Of a stretch of DNA of 51,681 bases, positions 48,870-51,681 are shown in pieces; positions within the stretch are counted from its first letter, which is position 1, and each line of letters begins with the position of its first letter. This stretch comes from Octopus bimaculoides (taxonomy: Eukaryota). The stretch spans positions 22,685,478-22,737,158 of the forward strand of contig NC_068990.1 of assembly GCF_001194135.2 (NCBI RefSeq), in the 5' to 3' direction. The notes under the pieces were generated by a model. The model was not told the origin of the DNA. It did no database searches and saw nothing but the letters and a program-made list of their open reading frames with translations. Both the position numbers and the translations under genes were made by a program.

Positions 48870-49187
48870 CTTTCATCACACATCTGTGACCTCTTCAGCG
48901 ATACTTTCCGTCCCCATATGTGCTCCTGCTCCGCTTACTCCCCATTATGTCCTTCTACGATGTGTATCTTTATCTGCGCATGCGTTTGCGTCCGTATCTG
49001 TGTGCGTGTGTGCTAATAATAGCGGTTCTGTAGCATTTTATACATACCATACTATGTTGTTTTCTACTGCTCTAATGCTGTGTTCGCATCCAATAAGTCC
49101 ACTTCCCCATATTTTCTTGGTACATGCAGTTTGTCTGTGTCGCTTTTTTGGATGGAGTGTCTCATATCTAGTTAGCAACTTTCCCTA
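48870..49187 (-). mobile_element. Second R4/Dong-clade RT fragment
   Basis: KLLTRYETLHP...GSGLIGCEHSIRAVENNIVWYV*NATEPLL; nucleotide similarity to 18340-18510. Lower boundary approximate. Confidence 0.75.
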
Positions 49188-50090
49188 GAGGACATCCTGT
49201 ATCAAGAGGACTATATTTGTATCATCTCCACCTTTTTTTAACATTTGTATACTATGTATATTCCCGTCGTTGTCGTATTCCTCTTCGTCGTCATTCCAAT
49301 CGTCGTCATCGTTTTCGTCGTCATCATTACCATCCACCAGCAGCGTCGCTATTTTCATCGCTTTACATAGAATTTCAGAAGGGATTTACCGATGTACACA
49401 CACACAAACACAAACACACACACATACATACACACACATACACACAAAAATATATATATATAACATATATATATATATATATATANNNNNNNNNNNNNNN
49501 NNNNNNNNNNNNNNNNNNNNNNNNNNNNNNNNNNNNNNNNNNNNNNNNNNNNNNNNNNNNNNNNNNNNNNNNNNNNNNNNNNNNNNNNNNNNNNNNNNNN
49601 NNNNNNNNNNNNNNNNNNNNNNNNNNNNNNNNNNNNNNNNNNNNNNNNNNNNNNNNNNNNNNNNNNNNNNNNNNNNNNNNNNNNNNNNNNNNNNNNNNNN
49701 NNNNNNNNNNNNNNNNNNNNNNNNNNNNNNNNNNNNNNNNNNNNNNNNNNNNNNNNNNNNNNNNNNNNNNNNNNNNNNNNNNNNNNNNNNNNNNNNNNNN
49801 NNNNNNNNNNNNNNNNNNNNNNNNNNNNNNNNNNNNNNNNNNNNNNNNNNNNNNNNNNNNNNNNNNNNNNNNNNNNNNNNNNNNNNNNNNNNNNNNNNNN
49901 NNNNNNNNNNNNNNNNNNNNNNNNNNNNNNNNNNNNNNNNNNNNNNNNNNNNNNNNNNNNNNNNNNNNNNNNNNNNNNNNNNNNNNNNNNNNNNNNNNNN
50001 NNNNNNNNNNNNNNNNNNNNNNNNNNNNNNNNNNNNNNNNNNNNNNNNNNNNNNNNNNNNNNNNNNNNNNNNNNNNNNNNNNTATATATA

Positions 50091-50250
50091 TGGGAGAATA
50101 TACAAATAATAACAACAGACGAGGACAGGTGGTGTAAATAACAAAAGTATATATTAGTATGACGCTCGGGAATACGGAAAGTCTTTGACGTTTCGAGCTA
50201 CGCTCTTCAACAGAAAGAATACGGAGACAAGGAGAAAAACACGGAGAAAA
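50091..50250 (-). mobile_element. Family H1 repeat, copy 3
   Basis: Motif at 50182-50218: UCUUU-CUGUUGAA-[GAGC GUA GCUC]-GAAA-C-GUC-AAAGA. Confidence 0.75.
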
Positions 50251-50480
50251 ATATATATATATATATATATATGAATATGTAAACATATATACGGAGAAAC
50301 AGATGGACATGCATGCACGTACATATCTTTGCAATTTCAATGTGTTGCCACAAGAACAAACACAGTCTTGGAATACAATCAAGAACAATAAATGCGAAAA
50401 AGTAAACATAGAATTTGAGTGCGGTTCATACACATATACATACTTAGACACTTACATACGCACCTACATACATACGTACA

Positions 50481-50563
<83 letters not shown>

Positions 50564-51146
50564 ACGTAGCATAATCAAGATGAAATGTTTTTAATTACTC
50601 ATATCCTCGGGAGTTCAATAGGAAATCTTGGAAAAATAGACAAACAGACAGACAGTAAGAGAGGTAGAAAATGAAGGAGAGTGATTACCTGTAGATTTCG
50701 CTGAACCTAGTTAATATTTTAGATCTTGGAATAACAAATATACACGTATGCATATACTGACATATATTCATATAGGTGTATGTATGTATGTATGTATCTA
50801 TGTATCTATGTACGTATACATGTGTATATCTATGTACATATATATATATCTTGTGTGACTATCATATATATATATATTTGTCTATAATGATGTGATGCAA
50901 GAAGTAAATAATAAAGTATAATAGATATTTAAACGGAAGAAACAACAATCGGCCGCTTCAAAGGCAAGATCTAAAGATTGCAAGCAAATATTTGATAAAG
51001 TCACTAATTTTGATGGCGGCGGTGAAGTACGGGGAAATAAACTATATGTAACCATATATATANNNNNNNNNNNNNNNNNNNNNNNNNNNNNNNNNNTATA
51101 TATATATATATATACATACACACAGAATGTATGTGTGTATATTTGC

Positions 51147-51179
<33 letters not shown>

Positions 51180-51549
51180 AGTATATATGTCTACATACAA
51201 ATATACATATTTGCGTATATGTATAAATATATATGCATGCACACACACACACGCATACACATGCACGTTCATATGCAAAATATACGTATATATCTACATA
51301 ACTTTATACACATAGGTATATATATATATATTTATATATACGCGCAATATATTGATAAATATATACATACATACATACATACATACATACATACACATAT
51401 GTATGTGTACGAGCATGTATACAAGCAGACACACACATGCACACTCACATGCACACACACACACACACACATATATTAAACATAGATGAAAATACAAAAC
51501 TGGTAATAACAGTAACACCAGCACCAGGACAAAAATAGCAATAACAACA

Positions 51550-51554
<5 letters not shown>

Positions 51555-51617
<63 letters not shown>
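51555..51617. repeat. (TAA)n microsatellite
   Basis: Directly visible. Confidence 0.95.
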
Positions 51618-51620
51618 TAG

Positions 51621-51681
51621 GGAGGTCGAGGCTTGATCCAGCTTGAACTTACGTACAAAACCACCACAATCAGACTGGCCA
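51621..51681 (+). mobile_element. 5'-truncated R4/Dong-clade element running off the window end
   Basis: GGRGLIQLELTYKTTTIRLA starts right after (TAA)n; GGRGL is the RT motif also seen at 18420. Confidence 0.65.

Noticed and set aside
50924-51046. Plus-strand open frame IFKRKKQQSAASKARSKDCKQIFDKVTNFDGGGEVRGNKLY
   Set aside because: Weak acceptor and donor, no recognised family, no phase-linked neighbours.

Overview
AT-rich eukaryotic genomic DNA from a gapped short-read draft assembly. Its extreme microsatellite density and tRNA-derived SINE families suggest an octopus/cephalopod genome; this is my inference, not a database match. Nearly all ORFs in the supplied track are microsatellite or N-gap artefacts. 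The window is mostly microsatellites plus many transposon relics: several tRNA-SINE families, CR1/L2-like, Tx1/L1-like and R4/Dong-like LINE fragments, Tc1/mariner and Helitron fragments, and mariner, pogo/Tigger and hAT MITEs. The best protein-coding evidence is a phase-consistent three-exon 3' end of an unrecognised minus-strand gene (41207-43786). Weaker minus-strand exon candidates lie near 26.1-26.8 kb and 7.4 kb. The most unusual signal is a set of short repeats, from at least five sequence-unrelated families, that fold into hammerhead-ribozyme-like architectures with short palindromic stem III and non-canonical cores. One family has three copies with stem covariation; another sits in both arms of a foldback element. 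These resemble Penelope-like retroelement pLTR hammerheads. No activity can be shown from sequence alone.
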